Of a stretch of DNA of 64,000 bases, positions 1-13,377 are shown one piece after another (the stretch's first letter is position 1; each line of letters starts with the position of its first letter). Below the pieces are notes generated by a model that was not told where the DNA came from, searched no databases, and worked only from the letters and a program-made list of their open reading frames with translations. Made by a program: the position numbers and the translations under genes. This DNA is from Camelus dromedarius (Eukaryota): positions 15,130,001 to 15,194,000 of the forward strand of contig NC_087437.1 in the NCBI RefSeq assembly GCF_036321535.1, read 5' to 3'.

Positions 1-418
1 TGGAAGGACAGAGAGAGGGAAAAGGCTTTTTGTCCAACATTCAAGCCTCTCTATCCCATCAGATGCCTCAAGAGGATGAAATGTCCCTCCTAAGCACTGT
101 GCTATGTCCCAACACTTGACCTCCTGGAGATGGCTGAAGGGACATGGAACCTGGTGCTCTTGGTTTCCCACTGACCAATGACAGTCCAAATACCAAGAAA
201 ATGAACCCAAAGGACTACACCACCTGCAGATGCCCCAGGCAGGGAAACCGTAATATTTTTCGCCACCATGCCCCATGAGCCTCCACTTCACCTCCCCTGC
301 AGCCCCCCAGCATCTCTGCTATGATCCTCACAACTGAGCTCACCCCTCCATCCACCTCCCTCTGTCTCTGTTAAAGATATTCTCTGCCGCCCATGCTGCC
401 CCCAGCCTCCTTGCTGGG

Positions 419-690
419 TGTTATGGGTTGAACTGTGTTCTGCAAAAAGATATGTCAGAGGCCTAACCCCTGGTACCTGTGAATGGGACGTTATTTAGGG
501 TCTTTGCAGATCTAATCAAGTTATGAGGAGGTCAGACTGGAGTAGGGTGGGCCTTAATCTAATGACTGGTGTCCTTATGAGGAGAGCAACTTTGGATACA
601 GAGACGCAGGACAATGGAGGCAGAGAACGGAGATATGTGGTTACAGGCCAAGGAACACTGAGGATTTCTGGCAATCACCAGAGGCACTGG
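419..690 (+). mobile_element. MaLR LTR fragment (MLT1C-like)
   Basis: Starts TGTTATGGGTTGAACTGTG and contains GGGTCTTTGCAGAT..TAATCAAGTTA and GGGTGGGCCTTAATC..TGACTGGTGTCCTTAT, typical MLT1 5' half. Confidence 0.8.
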
Positions 691-2014
691 GGCATGCCCT
701 GCGACTCCCTTGGTCCCCTTCCCTCATTCAGTGACAGAATCCTGTCCCTCTGGCCCAGATGTCCTTAGCTGACCCTGCTAGAAACCTGGGCCCCTTTTCC
801 TGGGCCCCTCACACTTCCTCCTCCAGCTCTATCAGGAGTCTGTGCTCACCTGCTTTCCAGGTGACTGAGTGGCTTTATTTTTCAATTGTTCAAAATCTCT
901 CCAAATTTACCCAGCTATTTTCTTAATTCCTCTATTACTCATTATTGTCCATTCTGGGCAAACACCCTGACAGCCAAGGCCTCCTGGGCAGGTGTCCATT
1001 CCCTGCCTCAGCCCCTCTCATCCTCGATTTGACCAGCTCTGGGCTCCACTCCCCTGCCCTGGGGCCCCCTTTTTCATTCCCAGGTTCTTCTGCCTTCCAG
1101 CCACACCTGGAGGGTCCTGACTGCTCACAGTCCATGAGTATTTCCCCCAAATGCACAGATCTCTCCTCTGTGTGAGCCAGAGTCCAGGATGCCCACATGG
1201 GATGGAGGGGCCTTCCTTCTCTCCACAAGTGGAAACTGCTCCCCCTCCTTTCTTTCCAAGCTGTCTTGGAATGCCCTGCCTTCCCGGCTGATGGCAAGTT
1301 CTCACAAGGACCAGAGAGTCACTCTGCAGGCGTTTCTCCCCAGGATGGAGAATGGCAACTCACCAGTTTTTCTAGAACTTATAAAAGGCAGAACTCCAGA
1401 CTGATTGGCTTTTCCAGACTCGCTCAAATCCTGAGCCTGCAGCACGCTGACCTGTAAGGGGCTCCTGACCTCGCACGGCTGGCCTGCTGGGGAGGCAGCA
1501 GCAGCCCCTTCACACTGAACTTCTGTCAACTCCTTGAACTTGGCCCTCTTCATCTGGGGTCCAACTCCTTGTGCGTGCTGCCCTCGGCCCTCTTCTTGTC
1601 CCCCTACCCGCCCTGTGCCTCCTTGCCAGCCTGACTCTGTCTCCCCTGTCAAGCTGTTTGAACATCACTTCCCCAGCAAGCATAGCCGGTCCCTTCTTTA
1701 GGCTGCTCCCCTGCTGACACATACTCCCACAGGAGCCTGTGGACCCTCCCTCTGACGCCATCACACTTGTGATTCCAGGGCAGTCATGGTTATACGGGGG
1801 ATCCCCTCCTCCCTGAAGACTCATCCTTCACTGGATGCCATGTCTCCCTGTGAAGACTGAAACAGGCCCCCCCCCACCCCTGGCAAAGGTGCAGACACAG
1901 TTCACAATTCCCTTGGCCTGCCAGCTCTGACAGGTCTATTGGGGGCTGGGGGCATGGTGGGCAGGGGGTACATCATTGCTAGTTTTGCCCAAAAGGAACA
2001 CTTGAAGTAATGTG

Positions 2015-2820
2015 ATAAGCAAATATTTATTGAATATCAGTAGGCCAAACATATTCTCGGGGAGGCTAAGAGTCAAGCAGAGCTAGACCCCTCTGGGGCG
2101 ATGTGTTAATGAGATGAGGTGTGCACACAACAGCAGCAATTATTCTCAAGGCTGAGGCCAGAGGAGCCAAGTACAAGTAATGATGTCAGAGGGGCTCGGA
2201 ATACAAGAGGGTGCGGGAGTGCTCCCTGAAGAAAGTGAGGTTGGACCTAGGTTTTTGAGATCAAAGAGTGGAGAGGAGAAAAGGGGCCGCCCGAGGCCCA
2301 GGAGACAAGATGAGGAGTGGAAAAACACAAGTGTGAATTGGGGTCAGAGGATGATCTGGTTCATCTGAGAAAGCTCTGGCTAGGTCAGAGAAGGACACCA
2401 AGTTAAGCAAGAGGATGGATGCCTGAGAGGAGCCACAGAATTTTCTCTCTGGCCATCACCGAGGACTTCTGAGCAAGGATGACACATGTTAAACATTTTT
2501 TAGGAAGGTTAACCTCTAACCGAGTGAGGGAAAGAGGAGAGGGAAGACAGCCTAGAGGCAGGGAGGCCAGTGAAAGGTCTTGGGACAAGGTCAGAGAAGC
2601 CTCTAGTCAGGGATGGCAGGGGAACAGGGGATGTCAGCAGGGGAGAAGGTCATGACCTGATGGCTAAGGAGAGGTGGGGGATGGTGAGCAAGCATCTCAA
2701 GACCAAGGACGTGGACGCAAGGAGCTCAAGAGACAATGAGGAGCAGGGGGAGGGGTAGGAGGCAGAAGTGGACTCTTCTAAGGCTGGGGAGACCCAAGTG
2801 GACATCCAGGAGGCCACCCC
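2015..2820 (-). mobile_element. Degraded LINE-2 fragment
   Basis: Begins with the reverse complement of the L2 tail (CAAATATTTATTGAA), followed by purine-rich L2-like sequence. Confidence 0.5.
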
Positions 2821-4649
2821 TGGGGTTCAGGCTTCGCCGGCAGCTGCCTCTCGGGAAAGAGATCCTCACTTCTGACAGCTATTTAACCCCACACCCAAGG
2901 ACCATATGGACCCCAAGGACTCATCACCAAATTAAAATGGGGACTCAGCAGCTACTATCTGGGGTCTTGAAGCAAATCCCCTTTGGGCTTTATGCGGGCA
3001 CTCTGAGTGAGACAGCACTGTGGGAAGATACCTGGTCCCATTCTGTTACTTCTTGTTCCTTCTCCCTGAGGCCAGAGCCCCATGCCACGTTAGACTTCAC
3101 ACAAATGCAAGTCACCATCTAAGATGGGGGGGTTTGTCCCAAATGGGGTATCTCCTCGTAGAACCTCATTTGCTAAATTTGCAAAGAATCAGGAAGACAA
3201 GTGGACTTGAGATGAGGCCCTCTGGGACACGAGAATTCTGACTTGAAAGATAATGGATCTGGAGCCTGACAGAGGCTATTTGATTCCTAACAATATATAT
3301 GATTTGGTCCAAGCTGAGTCTTTTGTCTAGTCTTTAAATGGGTAGAAGTCTGCCCATCTGGTCCCTACTCTGCCCTTTCTCCAGTGGTGGGTGGCTCAGT
3401 CACTTCAGGCTGTACCAGGATGCAGGTTGTCAGGCCATCTGCTTGGTCTTCTGCAGTCATCCCCGGGCAGCACACTGGCCGGGGGCATCTTTGCCCCAAG
3501 GAGCCTCTATTCCAGTTCTCCTCTCTCCAACACTTCAACTTATATCTGAACTTTTCTGGACTGAGGGCTGCTCCTTCCACGGCCTCAAGTCTTGGACTCT
3601 CCCATGTGCCTCCCAAGGAGTTCCCCTTGCCTTCTCCTCCATCTGCCTTCCTCCCCTCTCCACTCTGCAGATCAGCAAGCACAAGGGAAGAGGGAGAAAC
3701 ATTTGCAGGGCGTGGACAGGGAAAGATAGAAGAAATTGCGTGGGATCCAGCCTTCAAGCAGACAGAGAGAGAGGGTTTTAATCAGCACCGCAGAAAATGC
3801 CCAAAGTCTTTCTCGGAAAAGTTTCCTCAGGTCCCAGACTTGTGTGAGAAAAGAAAGGAAACTGTTACAGGAGAGGTCATGGCAGGGGGCCAAGCAAGGC
3901 ATGCTAGCCTCTTTCCCATCTGAAAGCCATGTTTACATAAAAGCAACCAGAACATCCTTTCCTGGTACCCACACCCTCTGTCCCTCCCTCCCAGGCCACC
4001 ACCCAGGGGAGTGGGGAGTGGGCCGCAGTGATCCCCATTGTTGCCGGAGGGGTCCTCCAGGGCGTCAAGGTCTTCTCTGTGCCGTGAAATGTCCAGTCTA
4101 AACACAGGATATGAGGGCAGGAGTGGGAGCAAGGGGGAAAGCAAGCCAATTTCTCAAATTCCCTGTTTACCTACAGTATTTAACTTGAAGCTATAATTAT
4201 CATTAGTTAGAGCACCCCCTGACCTTGGTCTCCAAAAGCATTTGTTATTTTCCAACTACCTATGGGAAAAAAGAGATTGAAATGGAATTCAGCTCAGCAC
4301 TGCAAGCCTGTGTGCCCAGGGCTCTCCTGGAGATTCTCCGAATTCCAACACGTGACCACCAGGCTCCTTGAGGCTAAGAAAGCTCTGTCCCACCCCCACC
4401 CTCACCACACTCCCTGCTGCACACGGAGCTCTGGGAGGCCTTCGCTGGCCAGTCTAGGATGCTCCCCAAAGTTCCTCCCATCAACTACAGCTCTATATCA
4501 GAGACTCATGTTTCCTGGGAACCTTTTCAGTTTAACGTGATTATTTCCTATTAATCACTCTGATGACTCCCTTGGGGACAAGAATATCACAGCCACCTCA
4601 CTGGGGACATTCTGCTTGTGAATCAGCGCTCCGATATGCGCCTGAGAGC

Positions 4650-4816
4650 AGAGGTTCTCGAACCCAGGGTGCATCAGAATTGCCTAGAGGGTGTGTTGAA
4701 ACAGCATGCCAGGCTCCACCTCCAGTTCGGGTTCAGTAGATGTGGGAGAGGGCATGAGAATCCGTCTTTCTACCAAGCTCCCGTGTGATGCCAATGCTGC
4801 TGGTACAGGGACCACC
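4650..4816. mobile_element. MER5A-like hAT-Charlie MITE
   Basis: CAGAGGTTCTC..TGCATCAGAAT..., ...GTGATGCCAATGCTGCTGGTACAGGGACCAC match the MER5A pattern. Confidence 0.75.
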
Positions 4817-5665
4817 GCCCAGACACCAGTAGGTCCCCTTGAACTCTAACCCAAATCCTTCCTTCTAGCACCTCTTTCCTGGAGACAAGACCCAACCTCT
4901 GTGAAAACCCATTACAAAGGAATGGGGATAAAACAGAGACACTCCCTTGATTTCTCGGCACTCCCCTTGGCCATCTGCCCATCTGGGTATGGGGTCTGCT
5001 CACACAATGGGAGTCTGTCTGTGCTGTCGCGTGGGCCGGGAGTACCCCACAATGAGCTCTGACTGTGGGCTTCCGTTCACCTCCCAACTCCTTTGAACAT
5101 CCACGCTGCCTTGCCTGGAGCTCTTGAAGGCAAGTGCAAGGGAATGTGGTTTCATCACCCCCATGTCTTGTTTGGCTGGGCTCTCTACCTGCAGGTTTCA
5201 GGACTCCTGAAGTCATCAGTAAGCATCTTTAGATGGGGAAAGATTAGCTAAGCAAATACTTGCCGCCTACCAGCTGCAGCCCTCGGAGCAGCAGACGTGA
5301 GCTCACCTACCTTTCCAACGCTGCTGCCGATTCATATTTGCAGCCCAGGGGTCTGTGACCTGCTGCTGCGGTCACAGAACAAACGCTGGCAGGCAGTGTA
5401 GGAAGGGGCATTGAGATGCTGGTGATACGCTGAGCATCAGCTCTGTGTGCAGGAGGGAAGCACACCGGATCATGGGACTTTCAAACTGTGGTGAGAAGAG
5501 GGTGCAATGCCTCCTTTCAGGCCTCCTTGCAGAAGCTCGGCCCTAAGCACAGCTCCCTCCCATCAGTGACTTCAGCAAAGCCTCCAAGCCCCCACACCCC
5601 TCCTTGTGGGGATACCTATTACCTATTGTTCTATATTTGCCCTGGATGTCACTGCCCTTTGCTCC

Positions 5666-6017
5666 TGTGACAGTGTTTTTGAGGTGTGAATGTGGCCAGG
5701 CTACAGTCCCCAGTTATTCAATCAAACACTAATCTAGGTGTTGGCTGTGAAGGAAGTTTGTGGCTGTAATTAAAATATACATAATGAGTTGACTTCTTTA
5801 AGGAAGATTATCCTAGATAATCTGGGTGGGCATGATTCAATTAATCAGAAGTCCTTAAAAGCAGGGTGGAGAGAGAGAGAGATTAATTCCCCTGAACAGA
5901 AGCTTCGGCCCAAAGCCTGTAATCATCCTTGACTGACAGCCTGCTCTATGAATTCTGGATGTGCTTATTCAGCCATCGCAATTGTATAAATCAATTCTTT
6001 GAAATAAATTGCTTAAT

Positions 6018-6064
<47 letters not shown>

Positions 6065-6110
6065 TGTATCTGTGTGTATCTTATGTTGGCTCTGGTTTGA
6101 CTGAACCCTG
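5666..6110 (+). mobile_element. ERVL LTR (MLT2D-like)
   Basis: GGCTACAGTCCCCAGTTATTCAATCAAACACTAATCTAGGTGTT..CTGTGAAGG and the terminal ..CTGAACCCTGA, with the usual internal simple repeat. Confidence 0.8.
6017..6064. repeat. (TATACA)7 microsatellite inside the MLT2 LTR
   Basis: Directly visible. Confidence 0.95.
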
Positions 6111-6111
6111 A

Positions 6112-6574
6112 AGTAGATAAAATAGTGGCCTCTCCAATGCCTGTGTCCTAATACTCAGAACCCACGAATACGTTGCCTTACATGGCAAAAGGAATTCAGC
6201 AGATAAGATTCTAAGAACAGGGAGATTCTCCTGGATTATATGAGTGGGCCCAATGTATTTACAAGGGCCCTTATAAGAGAGGCAGGAGGGTCAGAGTCAG
6301 AAAAAAAAATTAGGTGAGAAGGGGAGAGATTTCAAGATGCTAAGCTGCTGACTTTGAGGATGGAGGAAGGGGCCACAAGCCAAGGAATGTCAGTGGCCTT
6401 TAGAAGCTCAGAAAGGCAAGGAAACAGATTCTCCTCTAGAGCTCCCAGAAGGAGCACAGCCCTACAAACATCTCAATTTTAGGTCTTCTGTCCTCCAGAA
6501 CCATCAAAGGGCATTTGTGTTTGAAGCCACTAGGTTTATGGTGATTTGTTACAGCAGCAGTAGACCCTAATCCA
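6112..6574 (+). mobile_element. MaLR LTR (MLT1D-like)
   Basis: CCTTACATGGCAAAAGG, GGGCCACAAGCCAAGGAATG, GGCAAGGAAACAGATTCTCCTCTAGAG, AAGCCACTAGGTTTATGGTGATTTGTTACAGCAGC. Confidence 0.85.
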
Positions 6575-7039
6575 AGCCCGAGTTCATACAGCTTTCTTCC
6601 CCATCATCAATGCCCTCATTCAGCTTGCTTCTTTTCCCTCAGCAGGACCAAACCTCTTCCTTTCTGATGTCTCCTCTCCACAGAAGTCTTAATGGTCTTG
6701 TCTGCTCAGCCCCTCTCCTGAGAACAGCGCTCCCCCTTGTTTCAGAAAAGGGCCCCTATTCAAACACGTGGCTCCAGGAGAAGCCCCCCCCCCCCCAGAG
6801 ACCCTGCCCTGCCTCTGGGCACATGACCCAGTGGAACCAATCAGAGTCCTGCTCCAGGAGTTTTTCAAGTTGGAACTAAATGAAGGGCAGCAGGTGGGCT
6901 GATTGCTGACCATGACTCAGCCGTGAAGAGGACAGAGGTTTACAAGGGAAGACAATGGCAGTGACATTCAGAGAAAAGGAGAGGAGACAGAGCCTGCTGG
7001 CACTGCAGGCCACCTGCCCAGACCCTCACACATTTTTCT

Positions 7040-9400
7040 GTTGTGTTTCTGATCTTTTTTCTTGTTGATTAGCAGGAGATCTTTGTATAGTCTAGATATT
7101 CGTTCCTAGTCAGCTGTAGACGTTGCCAGCATCTCGCAATCTGTTGTGCTCTTTGCCGTAAACATTTTTCTCTGTTTTTAAAATAGACATTCTTTCTTTT
7201 ATTTGGCATTCTTCCAATACACATTCTTTTTGCCCCTGGATTTTCAGCTTTTACCTTTAAGGAACATGGAACCAGATTTTCTCTCTCTTTTTTTAATCCA
7301 ATCTGAGATTCTCTAGCTTTGATGTGGTGAGAATAGTCCATCTTTGATAAATCTAGATTCATATCTACCTCATTTTGTGGTGCTTCTATCTACCGTAATG
7401 TTTTTTGTTTGTTTTCTTTCTTTCTTCCTTTCTTTCTTGCTTTCTTGCTTTTCCAGCCTTCTCTGGGTTAATGCGTTTTCTACTTCTTACTCTCTTCCAC
7501 TTTGGAAGGTACGCACTCAATGTCTTTTTTCTGAATGATTACCCATACGTTTTAACAAACATGACTGACTTACTTAACAAAGACTAAAGTTAATTAATTC
7601 TTCCACTCTCCCTGCAAGCAAACCAAGGACCGAAGATTTTAAAGCCAAAATTTCCCTTCCAATTTTTCACATTATCAGTGCGTCTTACTCTGATTCCTTC
7701 TTTTCTGCCCTCCACAATCAACAATTACCACCACTCTTCGTATTGTTTGCATCTGTGTTTGGCTTCTTGCTTTATGAACTTCATCCTTCAGTGGTGTATT
7801 TTAGTGAGGATTCGTGATTACTAAATTTGAAAATCTCTATATGCCCTCTTGAATTACCATTTGGTTACAAAATTTGAATTCGGTGGTAATTTTCTTTCAG
7901 CATTTTGAAAACTATTCCATTGTTTTCAAGTATATCTATTATTTACTTAGAGATGACTCTTCTTGGTCTAGTTTTTGACTTTTATAGGTAATCTGTAATT
8001 GGACTCTAGAAGTAGCTCTGAGAATTTCTCTTTCTTTTCTGTTCTGCAGTTTCAGTGTGATATGTACAGCTGTACTTTTTTTTGTAAATTCCTATAAGAA
8101 CTTACCGTGCTGTCTTTATTTTGAGATACTATATGTCGTTAATTCTGGAAACTCTCTATCATTTTTTTCCTATATTATCTATCACGTATTCATTCTGTTC
8201 TCTTTTTTGGTATTCACTTCAGACTTATATTGGACTTTATTTTTACTGTCTGTTCATACTTTTGTTTTTATTTTGTTTGGCTTTTAGTCTCTCTTTTCCA
8301 GCCTCCTCTGGGTTAATGAGGTTTCTACTTTTTACCCTCTTAACCTGCCTTTCACAGTCTCCACTTCTTCATTCCTCTGTGCTGCATTCAAGTGACTTCT
8401 TCAACCCTATCTCTCACTTACAAATTATCATCAGATGTCATTAAGTTAAGCACCTCAAGTCGGGAAATTATCTAATCTGTTAATTAACCAGTCATTGCAT
8501 CTAATCTGCCATTTAACCATTCCCTGAATTTTTACTCTCGATATCTATATTTGTCATTTCTAGAATTCCCATGTGTTTCTCAAATCTGTTCCTTTCTCAT
8601 GGTGCTTGTTCTTTCCTGGTGTTTTGTGATTCTTCTTACACTTCCTGAAACATTTCAATATATTTTTATAGCCTCTTTCGGAATGTTCCATTACCTCAGA
8701 ATCTTGAGGTGCTAATCTTCCTCATTGCTGCCTGTTGCCCATGGTGGGTCATTTCCTTGTGTTGCTGTTTATCGTAAGCTCCTCTCCCACCGGCATTGTC
8801 TTCTCCTGGGGATTCCGGTTGCTCTGGATTGTAGAAGCATCCCCCTAGCGTGGTTTTACTAGAGTCTACCAGATGGCAAAGAGTTACCACCAGCCCAGAA
8901 CCAACTGTTATGCTAATTTGTTTAGAGATTCTCATATCACATGGATAGTATACACTCTGTTTCCAATTCCAAGTGGCACAGGCTTGGGGCTTTGACTTCT
9001 CAGAGGAGTTATTTCACCCAGAGGTCCTTTTAGAGACAGACCTCTCTGCTGTCCCTAGGGTGGTGGCCAGAGTTTTACTGGTTCCCTTCTCACCAAGGGG
9101 CCCAGCTTCTTGTGTGCCAAGTTTGCACGTCATCATTGGTGCCTGTGTGATCACTAACACCCAATCTCCAGTAGGAGTTCCTTGGGGACTTCCTTTCTGA
9201 CCCGTGCTGCAGGGCCAGCTGGCACACTCCTTGTTTGGATGTTCTACTCATTCATCACTTCCTGTACCTGAAGACTTCACTTTCTTTCTCGCCAGCTCAG
9301 CTCTGTGTATTTTAATATTTGGTGGTGTTCTATTTGACGCAGCATCTCTAGGTATTTGTAGTAGGAGGGTCCCATGTTATGTAAACCTGTCATGTTGATG
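7040..9400 (-). mobile_element. Old, fragmented L1/HAL1-type LINE sequence
   Basis: Long T-rich plus strand with antisense L1-like words (TTTTCTTGTTGATT..TCTTTGTATAGTCTAGATATT; TTTCTTTCAGCATTTTGAA..TATTCCATTG). Subfamily not resolved. Confidence 0.55.
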
Positions 9401-9639
9401 AAAACCACAGTTCACTATAGTTCTTTAAGATCCATCTTATCCCAGCTAACCAGAGCCTTTGGAAGCCAGGGACCTTGTCTGATTCAGGTTTGTTCCCCAT
9501 GCAGAGGTCACACAGCAGAAGCATGAAGGTGGCTTGTTGAGGTCAGAGACCCTGGGCCCAGAGGTGGCGAGCAGAGCCCTGTTCTGTGTCTCCCCGCCTT
9601 CTCCCTCATAAAATTCAGTTCTTTCCTCTCTAATTTGTC

Positions 9640-9795
9640 ACGTCTTATAACTTTGCATCTATCTGTGCATCTGCCCACTGTTTATGTCCCTCATGAGGGC
9701 ATGGCCCACTCTTTTTTGTTCATCATTGTAAATCCAGTGGTTGACAGAGGTGATCAACCATGACGTGCTACAAGAATGAATGAACGAATGAATGC
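9640..9795 (+). mobile_element. LINE-2 3' end
   Basis: CATGAGGGCA..TTGTTCATCATTGTA..CCAG.. ending in GAATGAATGAACGAATGAATG. Confidence 0.65.
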
Positions 9796-10569
9796 GTCTC
9801 AGGCAGCTGGCCTGACACTGGTCCTGGTCTCAGAGTTCTGAAACCCCTGCTGTTTATGACACGAGCAAAGTGCTGCCTTACAAACAGCACGTCACCAAAT
9901 GACTCAAGGCCCACCAAAATGACCGGGGGAAAGCCCCCTCTGGGCTGCTACCACACCCTCCTGGGTGTAAAGCTCCAGGCCAAGGACCCGACTCCAGGAG
10001 GCACTCGGCAGATCCTGTGCCAGCCCCTGCCCTCGCTGCCTCCCCTTCAGGCTCGCTCTTCCCACCTGGCTCGGAGCCCATCGGGTACACTCACTTCCTT
10101 CAGACGCTTGGCCAGCCCTTAGGGCTGGATGCCTGAGCTCTGAGCCAGCCCTTAGGAGTGGGCGTCAGGACAGCAAAGAGGCCCTCCTGGACAGAAGCGC
10201 CTCTCAATCTTCCCAGGAAGGAAAACGTTCTATAGTTTTACCTCTCTTTAAGAGTTAAAGTATTGTTACCTGACTTCACCTCCATCGCTGAGGAGCCCGA
10301 AGACTCAAATGAAATAATGGATGTAAAAATGCAGTGGGAACAGTGATGGGCACAGGAATGGTCCTTCCAAAAACTCCATCCCCTCACTGCCCTCCTGGCT
10401 GCATCCTTGGTCCACCCTCAAGGACCTGGAGACCAGCCTTCTCCCACCTCATGTCTTAATTTCATGTACCACAATAAGAGATCTCGCTGCCCTGGACAAA
10501 GATGGGTGCAGGGGGTCATCACAGACTTCGGGGCTTTTTTTTTTTAGGTTTCTTTGGAAATGTATGTAT

Positions 10570-10747
10570 GTATTTATTTATTTAGAAGTATATTTGATCT
10601 ACAATGTTGTGTTGCTTTCTGGTGTTCAGCATAGTGACTCAGTTATATGTACCTTTTTTTTCGTGTTCTTTTTCATTATAGGCTATTACAAGATACTGAA
10701 TACAGTTCCCTGTGCTCTCTAGTAGGTCCTTGTTGTTTATCTATTTA
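10570..10747 (-). mobile_element. 5'-truncated artiodactyl-type L1 3' end
   Basis: TACAATGTTGTGTT..TTTCTGGTGTTCAGCATAGTGACTCAGTTATA..ATAGGCTATTACAAGATACTGAATACAGTTCCCTGTGCT, the antisense L1 3' UTR; TATT-repeat tail on the left. Confidence 0.8.
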
Positions 10748-13377
10748 GTTGGTAATTTTTTTTTCGAATTGTAAATGCAGGGTGTGTTTACTGTAGAAGT
10801 ATAGAAAACACAGAACATCACAAAAAAAGAAAACCAAAACCATTTAGAGGCTGTCCACTCAGAGAACTATCTCTGGTTAGGTGTAACGGCTTCAAGTCTT
10901 GCGACTTTTAAAAATCTGGACCACCTCTGCGTAGGGCTGTCCATCCCACAGCCTCTACTGAACATCACGGAACGAACACTTGCCCCAAGTTGAAACTATT
11001 CACAATAAAACTTAACAAAATGATTTGCAAATACCTCACAGATGGATGTCCCATGATTTATTTATTGCCTCTCCAGTTGCTAGATATACAAGTCGCTTCC
11101 TCACCTTAAGTTCCTGAGCAGGTAAGTTACACGATAAAAAGTGGTTCAGCGGACTAGGTTTCCATGTATTCTTTCTGGGAGTGTGTGTAAGCCACCTGAT
11201 TGCCGCCCCCACCCCATGCTGGGCTGCTGGTCTAACTGCTGGTGCTGTTCAGCTGGGGTATCGGTCTTGCCTTATGACCGATGGGGAGGGAACGTGCAGT
11301 AAGAGAGGAAAACTGAGGAACAAGGCCTTTCGGGGCCACCAGGGTCAAATCTGGCTCGGGAAGATAAAACAATAAATATAAATAAGCAGCCTGCTGTCTG
11401 TCGGCATGGAGACTGAAGTAACAGAGCCCTGGCGGGGCTGGTCGGGGACTGCGGTGGGACACAGGGAGCAGCCACAGAGGATGAGCCCCCACATCCCAGC
11501 TCTGTCACCAGGCGATGTGGCAACTTCCACAAGCTGCCCGCCAATCTCCTCCACTATACATAATGCGGACAACACGCACCTCGTAACACCGACAGCGTTT
11601 CTGAAAGGACCTGACCTTGTTATTTCACGAAATCGGCCACATCTGGGTGCTCCCAATGCATTTGCATTCACAGCAAAGTATCTTCCAGCTCCCTGTGCTC
11701 TCTAGTAGGCCCTTGTTGTTTATCTATTTAATTGGTAGTTTTTTTCGAGTTGTGTTTTACCACACATACACGTTCTAATAAAATGTATCCGTCTTTGTGA
11801 GGATAGCTCACAAAATCATAATTGCTGCTAAAAATATGCTGGGGCTGAGGACGGGAATTCTGAATCTTTGTGACTTTAAGGCAACCCAAACAGGCTTGAC
11901 TATCGCTTGTCCCCAGTCCTTGTTAAGTGTACGCATTTATGGATTTCATTTACACGTCGATTCAGTGGGTCCATGAAGGAGGAGGCACTGAGTCCTGAAG
12001 GAGGAGGCAGCTGGAGCAGCAGTGAGCCCAGGAGGAGCGCCTCCTGACAACAAGGGCAGTTTGAAAATGAAACGGCAGCCACAAGGCCCTGAGGCTCACT
12101 TTCCAAGCCAGTGACAAGGTCCAGGGGTGGAGACAGCCCACTAAACAAGGCTGATTCTACATCAGTTTGACTCTACCAGTCCGGGTGAGTGGGATCGGCG
12201 GTTGTGGCCCTGGGGTACAGACCGGGACCCACAAGAACATCCCACTGGCATAAGGCCAGATGCCCTCCATAAGGGTCTCTGTTGGGCCCCCTAGTGATAA
12301 AGTCAGGGGCTGTGGTCCCCAGTGAGCCCCCTGTCTACTTGCTCCAGAGAGATGTCATCCAGCTGGAGGCTGGAGGGTGGACCGTCTGGGGCTCTTCCAG
12401 GCTTGGCATGAATACGTCCTGAAAGCTCCCAAAGTCAGGGAGAAGTGAGGGGCAGCAGGAGCAGGCCTTTGGCTCACGGGGGCATAACAAACTTGCAGGG
12501 CCTGATGTGGGGGAGTTCCCATCATGGGAAGGCCTCTGCTGGTTCCAGGAATCCCTGGGCCTACTACCCTCCACAAAGCCTGAGGCCCCCACATGAATGA
12601 TAACGAGAACCAGCAAGGAAACCTTTGTGATCTGGGATGAGAGTCAGGGGGTCACAGGGGCTTCTCAGTAACGCCCACCTTCAGAGCCTGGCAGGGCTAT
12701 TTAGAAGAGGGTAGCCCAGGCCACTTGGCTTTCTACTTTCACTCAGTTAAAGGGACTTTTGGGAGAGGGGAGACTGCCTTCTACCAGAAACAGGGAGGAG
12801 AGTGACCAGGAAGGCAGGGGTTCTGCCAGCTCCGCTCGGGGGGATGTGCATGGAAGCGTGGGGGGATGTGCATGGAAGCGCAGGGGCAGACTCAGCTCAG
12901 AGGAGAAACTTGCCAAAAGCCTGAGGTGCTACCATGGCTTGGCCTGCCTTGTGAGGTGGTGAGTTCTCCATCACTGGGGCTATGCAAGCAGAGGCAAGGA
13001 CATCATCAAGAGGCTTCCTGCCTCTGAGCACATGAGCTTTCTCATCACTTTCAATTCTGAAATTCAGTAATTCTCCAAGCCAGGAGCACCGTGTTTCTAC
13101 AGCTCAGTTTTATCATTACACATCTGGATGCTATACAGTGAGAAGTTAAAAATGCTGTACAAATCCTGACAAGTAATGAAGGCAGGACTTCCGCATACTA
13201 ACCAGAGGAGAAATAGGCCCTGCTCTTGTCGGAAGCCTCCAGTTCCTTCCTGCCAGGGGTCCCTGAGGCTGATGTCCATTGCTGGGCACCATCCCTGACC
13301 CTCCATCAGTGCCTCCCCTGCCCCGCAGTCAGTGGGTGGAAGTCCATTCTTATAAAAGGTCACGGCAAGGGAAGGGG

